Shown one piece after another: positions 48,831 through 60,776 of a DNA stretch of 60,776 bases. Below the pieces are notes generated by a model. It did no database searches. It was not told the origin of the DNA and saw nothing but the letters and a program-made list of their open reading frames with translations. The position numbers and the translations under genes were made by a program. Location: the NCBI RefSeq assembly GCF_001194135.2, contig NC_068982.1:19028843-19089618 (forward strand), read 5' to 3'. The stretch comes from Octopus bimaculoides (lineage: Eukaryota). Each line of letters opens with the position of its first letter. The first letter of the stretch is position 1.

Positions 48831-50174
48831 ATATATAATTTAAAATTTAAAATTTTAATTGTTTATACATTTACCGATAATGGTGTTAACACACCGAACT
48901 ACTTGGTAAAATTACTAATTATCAATTAATTATTAATTTTTACCCTATATATGTATATATATATATATATATATATAAATACATACACGCTTAAGCGAAC
49001 ACATTACCATTTACACTCAGAAACATACACTTCAATAAATGCAATCGCACGTATATGCACGCACGTGTGTGTATTTGTGTATGTGAGGTAGTTTGCTTTA
49101 AGCTGTGCAATGGGTGCAATATGTGTACGGATAAGTGTGTGTATATAAAACATCAAGCAATGCAAGGGAGAAGTTTCTCAAAGTATGTAAGGTGATTTCA
49201 GTATGTGTAAACAAAGACAAAATATATTGTATTACCTTACCCGATGTCCACTGGCCCATATTTCGGAAAACTTTTGCCTTTTCAAATGGAAGACAGACTA
49301 ACAGACAGACAGAAAGAAAGAAATAAAGAAAGACGGGGGGAAAGAAAAATGGAAAGAAAGGAACAAACGAACAAATAGACACACGAAGCTTATTTCCTTC
49401 AGCAACATCATGCATTCTCAATGTATGATTCTTAAAAGCCTCTCATATAAAAGTATTATCTAATGTTTCCCACCTCATCAAAACATGTAAGCCTGGAAAA
49501 ACATTTCAAAGATGACCTATCCTTTAAACGTCAACAGACTTCTTTCTAAAAGTTCGTGCATCCTCTCTCAGTTCTTTTCCTGGTCGTAAAGATAGTTCAA
49601 AGGAGTTTATTCGGTGATGCCACAGCCTCCTTCAGAATACAAGCAAGATAATTAAGCATGCTTAGACATAATATCTCTCTTTGACTTCTGTACCTGCCCT
49701 TGCAACTGTTTACCCTGCAACGGACTACACTATCCAGCAGCCTCCATTGCTTATGTCTAACACGTCGTCGGACTACCTTCAATCTATGTCACCAATACAT
49801 TTAATTTTACAAAAAAGCATTTTTTTTAAGATCACAGACATATTCTCACATGTATATACATCAAAAGCTCAGACATAAAGAGAAATAGTAAGAGAGATAG
49901 AGAGGCGGGGAATATATATTCCACCTCAAGCTGTTTAAAGCATAAGATAGTTCTCGAAGATTTCGATTCTCAAGCTGGTTATCATTCTTTCAAGTTTACC
50001 GTTTGTATCTACTCCTTCGGCTGAGACCAATGATGACTCTACTCCGCGTTAGACCCTAGAATATGATGTGTTAACATATTCATCCCTTTATGTATAACAT
50101 ATGTGTACATAGATGTGTGTATATATATATATATACATACATACATATATATATAAATATTCTTTTATTTTATT

Positions 50175-50305
50175 ATTCTTTTAATTGTTTTAGTCTTTTG
50201 ACTCCGGCCATGCTGTAGCATCGCCTTTAATCGAACAAATCGACCCATAAGACTTATTTATTTTTTGTAAGTCTAATACTTATTCTATCGGTCACATTTG
50301 CCTAT
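50175..50305 (-). mobile_element. SINE 3' end (same tail family as 26126 and 47511); further copies at about 430-530 and 20110
   Basis: TTTTAATTGTTT.AGTC.TTTGACT.CGGCCATGCTG.AGCA.CGCCTTTA.TCGA.CAAATCGACCC. Confidence 0.8.
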
Positions 50306-53300
50306 ATACATATACATATCAATGTTTGAACTTCTTTCCTTTAACACCTCCCTGATGTCGGGGGTTGTTTCATCCCACAATGGAATCGATCTACAAATAT
50401 TATTTTGGACAACCGAGCCGCAAGAAACAGCTTCTTGATTTGTTATTGTAATACTCTTCTTTAACCCCTTAATTCTCTATATCATATGTATTCTGTGTTA
50501 GTCGGACCTATTTGTATGTAACGTATACATTTTTGTATTTCATGTATTTAATTAACGTTGTATAATGAGCTGTCTAACTCGCTTGTCCCTACATGTACAT
50601 ATATATATATATATATATCAGAGGTTTACGGCGCGTCACTAATCGATTAAAGTATTTTGAGAATTTCCTTGTTGTAAAAGATTTATAATGCAGTGAATAT
50701 AAGAGAGAAAGCGATTGGAAAAGTAAGGGCAATGATTGGGTGAAATGTAGGCGAGGTGAGGTAGTCACAAAAGGAAATTCCTATCATACAGTTTTGTTTT
50801 GCTTTTCCCTTTTTATTTAAATTTTATGGGAATAGAATTACCGAATTATACTACCAGTAAAGTGACATAGGCATTCATTGCATCTTACCTAGTACACTCC
50901 TTATAAACTTAGATATGTACGTGTTACGAAGAGGATAGTTTGTTGAACACGAATTGTTAGTTTCGGGGAGTTGTTTCCTGGCAAGTACTCAACGTAAATA
51001 GGGTACAGAATGAACAAGAATTCGGACTGATCCCTCCTTATCGAATGACAGTGGCAGTAGTTTCGTTCGATGTGCTCACTTTAGTTTCAGTAGCAGGTGC
51101 TCCAGTGGGAATAATTGTTTTATGTCTTGGGCCTGCTTCGGCATTATCTACTCACATGGGGTTTTCGTTAAGTTTCAAAATATATTTAGAAATGAAGCAG
51201 TAAATGACTCGATCGGTCACTTTGTTGCATTAATTATAAATACGAGCACATATATTCTGAATATAGTTTTGCCTGGTTCAACGAGGAGCACTGATTTAAA
51301 GTGCAGATCATTTCCTCATAGGATAATGTGTTGATATCAACTTCTCTAAAGTTCAGTAGAAATTCAAAAGTTGGGAGTCCTCTTATTATATCGGAATGTT
51401 CAATAGTAAAAAACGATATTACTGTTTGTATCCCAAACTGTGTTTATTGTAGCACAAGAAGATGCGAGAATAAGTATGTCAAAACGAATTTGTAAATTAA
51501 AATTCTTTTAATCTGATGTGTACAGGCACACATTTTCTGTCCACAGTTCCCCCTCCAACTGTATCAAAATACTCGAGACTATGATATAATCAAATGAACA
51601 AGATGTCATGCGGTGCGACAGCTTGATTAGCAAGTTGTTGACTACTGTTCGAATCTATTCACAAAGCACAGACGAACCTGAGTCTGTTAGAAAACCTTCT
51701 AGTAATTCTTGCACTATTCTCATAGAATCCGAGCTAAGTTGATGAAAATTAAATTTGTAATTTAAACAACTATACACCTGCAACATCTTGAAAATGTATA
51801 ACTTCTTATGATTTGTAACTATTTTATCAGTTTTTGAACCTGTGATCGAGAGAAGTCTAATTGCACGCATTAAAAAAATGGCAACACTAGCGAGATTGGA
51901 GCGTTCACATAGTCACTCTCTGTATGACAAGAATCAACTATGTCATCCTCAAATCACACCAATCGCATTCTTAAAATTTGACTGCATTTATTAATAGTTG
52001 AAAATGGTGTATAATTGTATAAATACTCGATCAAATCTGGCCTACAGCTAGGAGACTACCACTAAAATTCTCCATGACAACATATTAATAAAGATACACT
52101 AAACAAAACTAGATATAAAAATATTATATGTTATAACAACTACCTTGTGATAAATGAAACTAAATACAAATATGAAGAAATGAAAATCTATAAGATTCAT
52201 TATCGAAGCCATATTAAAAGGAAAATATGATGAAAATCTCAAAAGACCGATAGTGCATTCCAGAAAGAAATTAATTCTAGAGACGATCGCAAATATAATT
52301 CTTGATTACTAAAATAAACCTCAGGATATATGAAGTCCAGTGATAGTGAATAAAAAAGAGACAATATTACATTCCCCTGAGTCTCGCCTGCAATAGAAAC
52401 GACAATAGCCAACGCCATTAATATCGTTCCTTCCAGGAACTTTAATGTTCCAAGCAAGTATAAATGACAAGCAAAGCAATTATGACCAAGTCCTCAATAA
52501 AAGACGACTTGAATATATATACACATATATATATATATATATATANNNNNNNNNNNNNNNNNNNNNNNNNNNNNNNNNNNNNNNNNNNNNNNNNNNNNNN
52601 NNNNNNNNNNNNNNNNNNNNNNNNNNNNNNNNNNNNNNNNNNNNNNNNNNNNNNNNNNNNNNNNNNNNNNNNNNNNNNNNNNNNNNNNNNNNNNNNNNNN
52701 NNNNNNNNNNNNNNNNNNNNNNNNNNNNNNNNNNNNNNNNNNNTAATAGAGTTATTAATATTTCTAAGTCTCTCTAAAGGAGACTACGGCAGCGGTACTG
52801 GAAATTAATAGTTATCGCCAAGCCAACATGGCAGTCCCAAAATTAGGACGAAAGCTGCCGTGAATTAGCTCCAAGAAGCCATCGCCTCTAGCTAGCTATG
52901 TGACACACGAAACCTGAGTCCTTTATAACCTTCGAACAGGGGAGGTCAGCAGTGTCCCCCTGCTGGTCTGGCATCTGCAGACTAGTTTCAGGGTGTTGCC
53001 CCTTGTCAATGCAGAGCAGCCATCCACTGCTTCAAACATTCATACGATGAGATCTACTGGAGTGGCCATCGCATAAATGAACATGATGTAGCAGCAGCTA
53101 TGTAGCGGCACGTCATCAGGTGTGTGGCTTTGAAAGTACTTCTGTATCACGTCCAGTTTCACATTATCTATATAATATATACAATGGCTTACGAGTTAAT
53201 ATTTGAAAAGCGTCGCTTAATAGCAGTACTGATATGCTTTCGTATATAAAATCGGGGGCAACGCGTATTAACAAACTAAATCCTTATAATAACTATACTT

Positions 53301-53920
53301 ACAAATTTAATTAAAAACAATATTGTTTATTATTGATGATATTGCTCAAAAGTGCATGTTAGCTATTGTTTCTAACTGCAAAACTCTTATAAGCCGGTAA
53401 CGATGGTGGTAAACGAATTGACATGTTAACCGATTTGTTTTCTATAGAATACTGTGTTAGCTACCCATGATGGGAAGAGCTGTTTGCATAGTTGCATGTT
53501 TACGAAATGCTTAATGTAAATATATTATTAACCCAATTGTAATCACATGTGCAAACGTTCATACAAATATATATAGAGAGAGAGAGAGAAAGGAGGAGAA
53601 AGAGAGTGTGTGTGTGTGTGTGTGAGGGAGAGAGGGAGACAGAGATGTGTATGTGTACATATATATTTGTATGTGTATATATGTGTCAGGTCATTAGTGA
53701 AGTCGCTCATGGGTGCTACAGGTAATATCCTATTTCTTTCATTGGCTATCTAGAAATAGCATGGGCACTCAGAAATTCTGTTAGTGATCGACGTGCTGGA
53801 AGATCACTAGGAGTGAGGAATCATTCAGCTTTTGTTAAAGCATATTTATGAGAAGTTCACTCAGATATAAAACTAGATATTCAGGAATGACAGTGGATAT
53901 TTCAGGTGTATCTTACTTAC

Positions 53921-53947
53921 GCTCGAGATGAGGGCGTTCCTATATTC
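53921..53947 (-). other. Candidate 27-nt microexon (EYRNALISS or xNIGTPSSRx)
   Basis: - strand: GTCGTATTTTCAG|GAATATAGGAACGCCCTCATCTCGAGC|GTAAGTAA. Consensus acceptor and donor, length divisible by 3, two frames open. Confidence 0.4.
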
Positions 53948-54411
53948 CTGAAAATACGACTCATATTGACACTGCATATATTCCACTAGCATGCATGTGG
54001 ATCATGTGAATAAGATGGCAAGGATCTGTGAGATGTTGTGCAACATTTATTGAACCTAGAACTGCAGTTTGCCGATCACCAGCATGGAAAGTCTCCGCTT
54101 TCCAGTCGATTACGAGGGATCGCGGAAAGCATTGTAGTTCCAGGCCCGATGCTAGATGAAGCCGGCCGCTACTGCAATAAACTCATGCATGGGCATTGCT
54201 GAGGTTTCTTGCAACAGTCAGTTGTAATCTTCATAAGTCAGGCGCGGACACCAATCATGTACATATACATACATACATATTACATATATATATATATATA
54301 TATANNNNNNNNNNNNNNNNNNNNNNNNNNNNNNNNNNNNNNNNNNNNNNNNNNNNNNNNNNNNNNNNNNNNNNNNNNNNNNNNNNNNNNNNNNNNNNNN
54401 NNNNNNNNNNN

Positions 54412-54454
<43 letters not shown>

Positions 54455-55534
54455 ATAACTATAAACTGTTAAAATTGAAGTTTGTCACGATTTGAATCTG
54501 TAAGTGTAACAAAATTAATCTTCACTCTGGTATAACACTACAATCACAATTTCTTTGTGTGTACCATTAGCGGATTCAATTCAGGTTGATATATCGATGT
54601 CGTATTGCTGTGCTTTCTAACGTATCAAGTGAGTAGCTAGAGATCGTTTCTCTCTTTTGCTTTTCCTCATCACCGTTTTGGAGACACTGGTATAGACATG
54701 GCTGCTGCAATTATTTCTCCCATTAGGTAAAAAAAAAAATGGACTGAAGTACTTGCGAAGATTCAGCACGCAATAGATTATCCTACGCCACGTACAGAGC
54801 GGGGTGTCTGCTCTGTCTTTCTCTCGCTCTCCATTTTTTTCACTCTTTGCATGTACATGCATGGATATAAGACATCGCTATATCATCGGAGAGAAGCCAG
54901 TCGAAGTGCATTTTGACACTCTATGCTCTGACTTCAAACCCCACCGAGGTGAGGGTTTACTCTATAAATGTAGCACAACTATAAGGAACATTTTTCTGTC
55001 TCACTACCCCGTCTTTGTCTACCTGTATACATTTTTCTTGAAGGAATTTACTGCGGTCACACCTGCCACTGGATGGACTCTCCTAGTTTTGAATGACTAA
55101 TTTGCGCTGTCGGTGACAATCGCGCCTCTATGGCTGCATCTACGTAGCGTTTTCATTATTCATAGTTTAAAATACAATCTTTTGCACTATTAACGAAGGA
55201 TCCTGTCACTGCTTAGATCTTACGGCACCACTATCTCGTTTCATACAAAAGAAATCAATGCAGTCACAATTCTATTTCATCCAAGGAATATATTTTGTTT
55301 GCCTTTTTTCAAATAGTTAAATAAGAGAGAAGTTCGTGACCTGTAAAAAATTGTACGCAATTTTTGCCAGTAGCGGAAGCAGTATATTCTTTATTTCAAT
55401 AAATTGAAAATTTACCATGCTGTGATAGATGAAAATACACTGCATTAATGTAGAACGTAACTCGGGTTTCAAAGTCAGTTCTTTTTTAAACACATTTTTT
55501 CACATGTAGAGGGGAATTAAAAAAGCTAGATCAC

Positions 55535-55587
<53 letters not shown>

Positions 55588-55689
55588 GGGGCAGGCCTGG
55601 CTGTGTGGTGAGATACTTGCTTCCAGTTTATCGTTTTGGCTAGTTCAACTGCTGTTTTTGTGTGTAACACACGTGTTTTATGGCTGGGT

Positions 55690-56180
55690 CGGCGGTGTGA
55701 CGTTTTCCCTGTTATTTAAATGAGGGGCGTCGTGTAATGAGTTGTGAAAATTTGAGTTATTCTTCTGCAGACTTTATGTCGTCTGAGGAAGAATTGGTAA
55801 AACGTTTAAAAAGAACTGACAAGGAAATGGAAAGAAAGAGTTATGCTGCAGTGACAAAAGAAAAAAATGGAAGACATAAGTCTAGAAGAATTGAGCAAGT
55901 TTAAGGAAATACATAAAATGGAAGGGAACGATGTGAAGTTGTTTCCCCCAAAGAAGTGTTAAACGATAAGAATGAGAGGACGATTGTTTACAGGACATAC
56001 ACGGGGGGGGGGGCAACAAGAAAAATAGAAGTTGGTGGCGGAGGCACAAGCTGAAAAAGCGTTGAGACTAATCTAGCAAGAGATATCCTACCTGCACTAC
56101 AGACAAAGACCAGTACTAGCGTCGAGGAAGAGGAGATGAACACCAACTGGGAAACGGCGGGAAAAGGAGGAGGACACAGG
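55690..56180 (+). mobile_element. Probable 5' end (5'UTR plus decayed ORF1 start) of a LINE
   Basis: A CpG-containing leader precedes ATG 55776: MSSEEELVKRLKRTDKEMERKSYAAVTKE / ..LSKFKEIHKMEGNDVK / PKEVLNDKNERTIVYRTY. The sequence is purine-rich and frameshifted, and SYAAV is typical of LINE ORF1 N-termini. Family assignment is inference. Confidence 0.45.
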
Positions 56181-56217
56181 TTGTAAAGGACGACCCCCCA
56201 ACCCTCACGCGCGTGTG

Positions 56218-56400
56218 TGTGTGTGTGTTCGGAGACCCTCTTCGGTCACGAATGATCATGGGATTGCAGCTAGAAAGTTACCCTCCAAGGCACAAGTTTG
56301 TTTATGGAAGACCAGCAGTGGCGCATGCATACAAGCCTCCCCTCTCCACGCCACCGATGTTATCCAAGGGAAAGGCAAAGGGGCCGATGCAGCTTGGCAG
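56218..56400 (-). mobile_element. Interspersed-repeat (SINE-like) 3' fragment
   Basis: GC-rich block CCCTCTTCGGTCACGAATGA..TTTATGGAAGACCAGCAGT..CCCTCTCCACGCCACCGATGTTATCCAAGGGAAAGGCAAAGG. Its end resembles the CTCCGTCGGTCACGACGA tail of the 7083 SINE. Confidence 0.55.
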
Positions 56401-56710
56401 TATTAGAAATAAGGTCAAGATATATACATTAGAAATAAGAGCAAGAAGACATTTTCTTTGCTAATATGCTGAAAAATAGACGCTAAATCGTCTAACCACG
56501 TAAAATATTTTCACTTGTATTATTACAGCACCTGGATAATTATATTTTTTAATGAATTTCTGTTTGCTTGCTCTCCTCGTTTCGGCATACAGTGTACTAA
56601 TGCAGGTCAAAATATTTTATGTGGTTAAATGATCTAGTGTCTATTTTTCAGCATAATAGCATAGAATTTTTTTTTCTTTTTTCCGTTATTCATAATTGTG
56701 TGTATAACTT

Positions 56711-56746
<36 letters not shown>

Positions 56747-56811
56747 GGAGGGGAAGTTAGATATAAGGATAGAAATATATACATGTTTGCGCACATACAT
56801 AATACCCACAA

Positions 56812-56870
<59 letters not shown>

Positions 56871-58083
56871 AATTATATCCTAACATACACATAGATATTT
56901 ATATGGAAATCTGTATGCATCAATGCACGAATGTATTTCTAGGTATTAAATGTTTCGTGTATGCGTTGAGTCTAAAGTTAGCGATTGCATATGAGTGCAT
57001 AATTGCAGGTTATGCTGAAGGAAGTGCTAATTGCTGATATAACTTAATACATGGTAATTAGAGATAGTTATTTCTACTTGGGGTTTATACTATGCACTTT
57101 ATACAGTAAAGGACTGAGTTCGTCGGTCGATTAAATATAAAAGAAGATGTGTTCGCCTGTTAGTTTTGTTAGCTTTTTCATTATTGCATACAGCTCAATT
57201 AAGAGGGACAAAGCACGTAGAGTTTGTTGACATTTTCACTCTGCTGGAGTGGATACGTTTAAGGTTTAACTTTTCTATCGTGATATCTAAAAAGCAGAAC
57301 GGTGGTGCAGGAAGGGAATTCTCAATGCTTACAATATAATGAAGGGAGGTGTGGTGAATTATTATGGTGGCGTCTTGCGTTGAAAGAAAGAGGAAAGGGT
57401 GAGAGAGGTTTGCATCTAGTAGACTTCAGTGATGATGTTATACAGCACAGCTTGCTAATTCAGTGTCAACGACCGAAGTAGTTACTTAACAGCAAATGTG
57501 ATAGAGTAGGGGAAGAGAGCGTATGGGGAGAAATTGTAAGCGTGGAGGGGAATATACAGAAAACCGGTTAGTATTTCTAAACTTGATTATCAATTTGCTT
57601 TTATTTTTTCTATTTTTCTGAAATCCAATTTCATATATTGATATGTCTACCAGTGTAGCAGTACTGTGTACTTTCTGAATATGAGAGTCGTATTCATACG
57701 GGGGAATTCTTAATGTGACTCAACAAAACTTCGCAGTTATTTTTTTTTTCTAACTACAATATCGAAGTCGGGCTTAATGTAGGTAAACAAGACATTTGTG
57801 CTCATTGAAATCCTACTAAAAATACAAATGAAATCAGCTTATAACTAAATCTAGTGTTTAAAACCATAGGCAGACAATCTCGAATTAGAACTAAGAATTA
57901 TAGAATAAAAGCAAAAAAATCAGACCACTTTATATGAAATACGCATTCCGTAAAATTCAGTGGATGTTCAGTGTATTTGTATTGTTTCAGTAAGATTTGT
58001 GGTTAAAAACTTGGATAATCAAATTTTACTGCACAGCTAACATAGTAAAATAGTATTCTCATGAGATGTGTTTCCTCACACAC

Positions 58084-58114
<31 letters not shown>

Positions 58115-58725
58115 TGTATGTATGTATAAATGTATGTATATATATATATATATATNNNNNNNNNNNNNNNNNNNNNNNNNNNNNNNNNNNNNNNNNNNNN
58201 NNNNNNNNNNNNNNNNNNNNNNNNNNNNNNNNNNNNNNNNNNNNNNNNNNNNNNNNNNNNNNNNNNNNNNNNNNNNNNNNNNNNNNNNNNNNNNNNNNNN
58301 NNNNNNNNNNNNNNNNNNNNNNNNNNNNNNNNNNNNNNNNNNNNNNNNNNNNNNNNNNNNNNNNNNNNNNNNNNNNNNNNNNNNNNNNNNNNNNNNNNNN
58401 NNNNNNNNNNNNNNNNNNNNNNNNNNNNNNNNNNNNNNNCAATAATTAAATTTATCTTACTTGGGGTTTAAAAATCTTATCCCTATAACTAAAACAGAAA
58501 AAATCTCTCAAATGTCATCATTTCTAAAAATAAACTTGGCATTATCTCTAAAAATAGCCAAACACCTACTGCTGCTGTCCAAATGAATATGTATAAAACA
58601 CAAAATAACAGCCAGTCTACTACAGTACATCTGTCAGACGGGATCTTGATGACTGCCATGAGGCAGGAAAGTATGCTAGTCCTTATATGGCTCCAATTGA
58701 TGTAGATGACTCCATTCTTCGTGTC

Positions 58726-59751
58726 AAAAATCTCAACAACAGCAGATATGCCCTCATCATCACTGCGATACTGGTTCCCAGTCAAGTGTCTTTTTATGTT
58801 GGTGGGAACAAATCAGGAGAATAGCGAGGATGATCAACCGGTTCAAAGCCACACTCACGAACGGCAGCCATTGAACCAATGCTTTACGTGCTGGAGTATT
58901 GTTCTGATTGAACAAGCACCCGTTCGTCACTTTTCTTACCGTCTGGATTTGATAGCCTTTCGTAACTGCCTTATCAATTTGGCATTGTACTCTCCATTGA
59001 TGTTCTTGCCCTTAAACACAATGTCTTTTGCATCCTGAAAAATATCTGTGGTCATCAACTTCCATGCAGATGAAATGACCTTGGCCTATTTTTTAGTGTG
59101 TGAGGAAGGGTGATTCTACTGTACGGATTGTCTCTTTCTCTGTGGCTTAATGTAATGAAGCAAACACTCATCCTTGGTTAGGAAACCAACTGGAACGTTC
59201 TCAAACAATGTCAGATTTCTCCGTGATGTGATTAGAGCACCTTTGATCATATGTCAAAAGACGTAGCACTCACCGAGCACAGACCTTCGTTATGCTAGGT
59301 TCATCATGCACAATATCCTGAAGTCTCTCTCGGAATATACTAATCTCATTGGGTATTTTATTTATAATTGATCGCTTGTCATCCATATCCATGCGGAGAA
59401 CATGATTAATGCTTCCCCGGTAGTGGTAAACTGCAGGATCTCCAGACACTGGGTCATCTCCCCCTCCTCATTTCAGCTGCCTACTTTTTCCCGCTTGATA
59501 ATGCTAGAAGGTCATCCGCCAATGTAGCAACCATGTCTGCATGAATGACGTTGGGGGCTAAACCTTTTTTCTGAAGTTATATGATGACATCATCATGCCG
59601 AATTTTGTCCATTTTCAAGAAAAGTCGGAGTAGATACATCTGAAGTTTTCTTTGAAGAGTCAGGTGACAGTTTACCTGGAAAGGAGTTGTACCGTTTTTA
59701 TTAAGATTTGAAACTAATACACGCAAGATTTCAGAACTTCATAGTCCTTCA
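58726..59751 (-). mobile_element. Mariner (Tc1/mariner) transposon relic with degenerate transposase; 3' end truncated
   Basis: From ATG at 59612 the - strand gives MDKIRH..LQKKGLAPNVIHADMVATL. Later blocks are KVCAR*VLRLLT (WVPRLL-like), FLTKDEC, KVISSAWKLM, INGEYNAKLIRQLRKAIK, DHPRYSPDL (YSPDL at 58810-58824) and NQYRSDDEGISAV. A possible 5' TIR with TA lies at about 59730-59753; no matching 3' TIR is seen. Confidence 0.9.
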
Positions 59752-59845
59752 TAGTGAGCGAATGAACTTTACAGCACACTACCGTACGATTTCGATAAGA
59801 GAAGTGGCACAGACAGTATAGAGGTAGAAAAAATACAGGTAACTA

Positions 59846-60200
59846 CATAAAACTTAGATAAAACTTAGATATGTTTCGACCAAAGATTGGTCCAAGCCAT
59901 GTCTAACTTAATAGCACCACCTGATAGGATTATCTAAATCCTTTTTAAGTCATATTTTGTTTATGGTCCATTCAAGTAGTGAGTTCTTGTTGAGTGAGTT
60001 GTATCCAGGTATGGGTGGCTTATCTGGTATTCCTTGAAGAAATCTGTCAAGACTCCGTTTAAAGGTGATGGGCATCCTTTTCCTCTTTAATCAGTTTTGG
60101 GAGAATGTTTAACAGGGCAAGGCCTGTTGAGGAAAATAAATTATGTCGCAGTGTGCCTATGTGTCGTGACCCTAAATTGGGCAGGGGACGTATGGCATAT
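59846..60200 (-). mobile_element. Short 3' fragment of a second CR1-like LINE subfamily with tandem-repeat tail
   Basis: The - strand reads RHIGTLRHNLFSSTGLALLNILPKLIKEEKD / FKRSLDRFLQGIPDKPPIPGYNSLNKNSLLEW, homologous to the end of the 45605 element. The 3' end is GGTGGTGC..TGGTCGAAACA followed by two copies of ATCTAAGTTTT. Confidence 0.78.
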
Positions 60201-60744
60201 ACACACAAGAAAAGGCATATTTAACGGGTGCGCACGTGTAGACAAATACATGTGGACAAATATTTTAACTCACTCGCAGTTTCTTCGTGTGTGTTTGCAA
60301 TCCAGTGTTATTACCGTCTTTGAAAAAAATCCGTCGGAGACATGAAACAATCAAGTCACATAATCTCACTTTAAGACTATCTAATTAATCAAATCGCAGA
60401 TATCTATAATCACTTTTATTTTAATTAAAATATTTTCATTCTTTTTCAACCATTTAATATCTCATATTTTTCATGAATATGATATTGTTTACCTGTTTCT
60501 TAGCTAACTTGTTGAAGCGGCAAATTAAAATGAAAGTGCTGTGATGTAAATTCGGCAGGTAAATATGAAAATGCAGTGGCTGCTATCTGATTACGTAATT
60601 CCGACCAGTTCTAAGTTGCAAAGTTCGAAGCCTTCTATAGATTAGGCTTTTTTTGTTTTTTAGAATTCTGTATAACTAAGGACGCAAGTATGCATATAAA
60701 TACGTGTGCGTGTGTATGGATGTATGAACGCATATGTGTGTATG

Positions 60745-60776
<32 letters not shown>

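Noticed and set aside
52829-52860. GTCC-loop-GGAC-GAAA, resembling hammerhead stem II
   Set aside because: No CUGANGA precedes it; it is simply a GGCAG/CTGCC-closed hairpin in an unclassified repeat.
291-58471. Dozens of ORFs rich in YI, CV, HT, MYV or X residues (e.g. 360..749, 5008..5409, 15990..16430, 36504..36788, 40054..41115)
   Set aside because: They are translations of (AT)n, (GT)n and (CATA)n microsatellites or of N-gaps, not genes.
14684-60776. Second exon of calmodulin, alpha-tubulin or S-crystallin/GST following the ATG|GT exon
   Set aside because: I looked by eye for ADQLT, RECIS and PxYTLxYF-type exons and found none, so no gene symbol is assigned. It could lie in a gap or outside the window.

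Overview
AT-rich, repeat-dense eukaryotic (metazoan) genomic DNA from a gapped short-read assembly; most N-gaps abut (AT)n or (GT)n tracts. The tRNA-headed SINE families look like octopus repeats, so I infer a coleoid cephalopod, probably Octopus; this is from recall, not a database search. No intact, nameable host gene is visible. Almost all ORFs in the supplied track are microsatellite, gap or SINE artefacts. What the sequence supports is a set of decayed mobile elements: an RTE-clade LINE 3' half (3051-4060), an R4/Dong-like LINE fragment beside a (TAA)n array (20680-21287), two CR1-like LINEs (45605-47379 and 59846-60200), LINE ORF1 relics, a structurally complete but dead Chapaev3-like DNA transposon (37323-39614), a dead mariner (58726-59751), two MITE-like elements and about 20 SINE copies. 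Scattered well-formed splice signals suggest small exons of unidentified long-intron genes: a + strand exon ending in ATG|GTGAGT at 14631-14683 and a - strand 27-nt microexon at 53921-53947. The most interesting signals are a minimal Penelope-type hammerhead ribozyme fold (48698-48734), a 3' tail shared between the CR1 LINE and a local SINE family, a 49-bp near-perfect hairpin (6847-6951), and a foldback palindrome next to a (TAA)n-embedded 47-bp insert (42792-42953). I could not establish a new biological system; these are leads.
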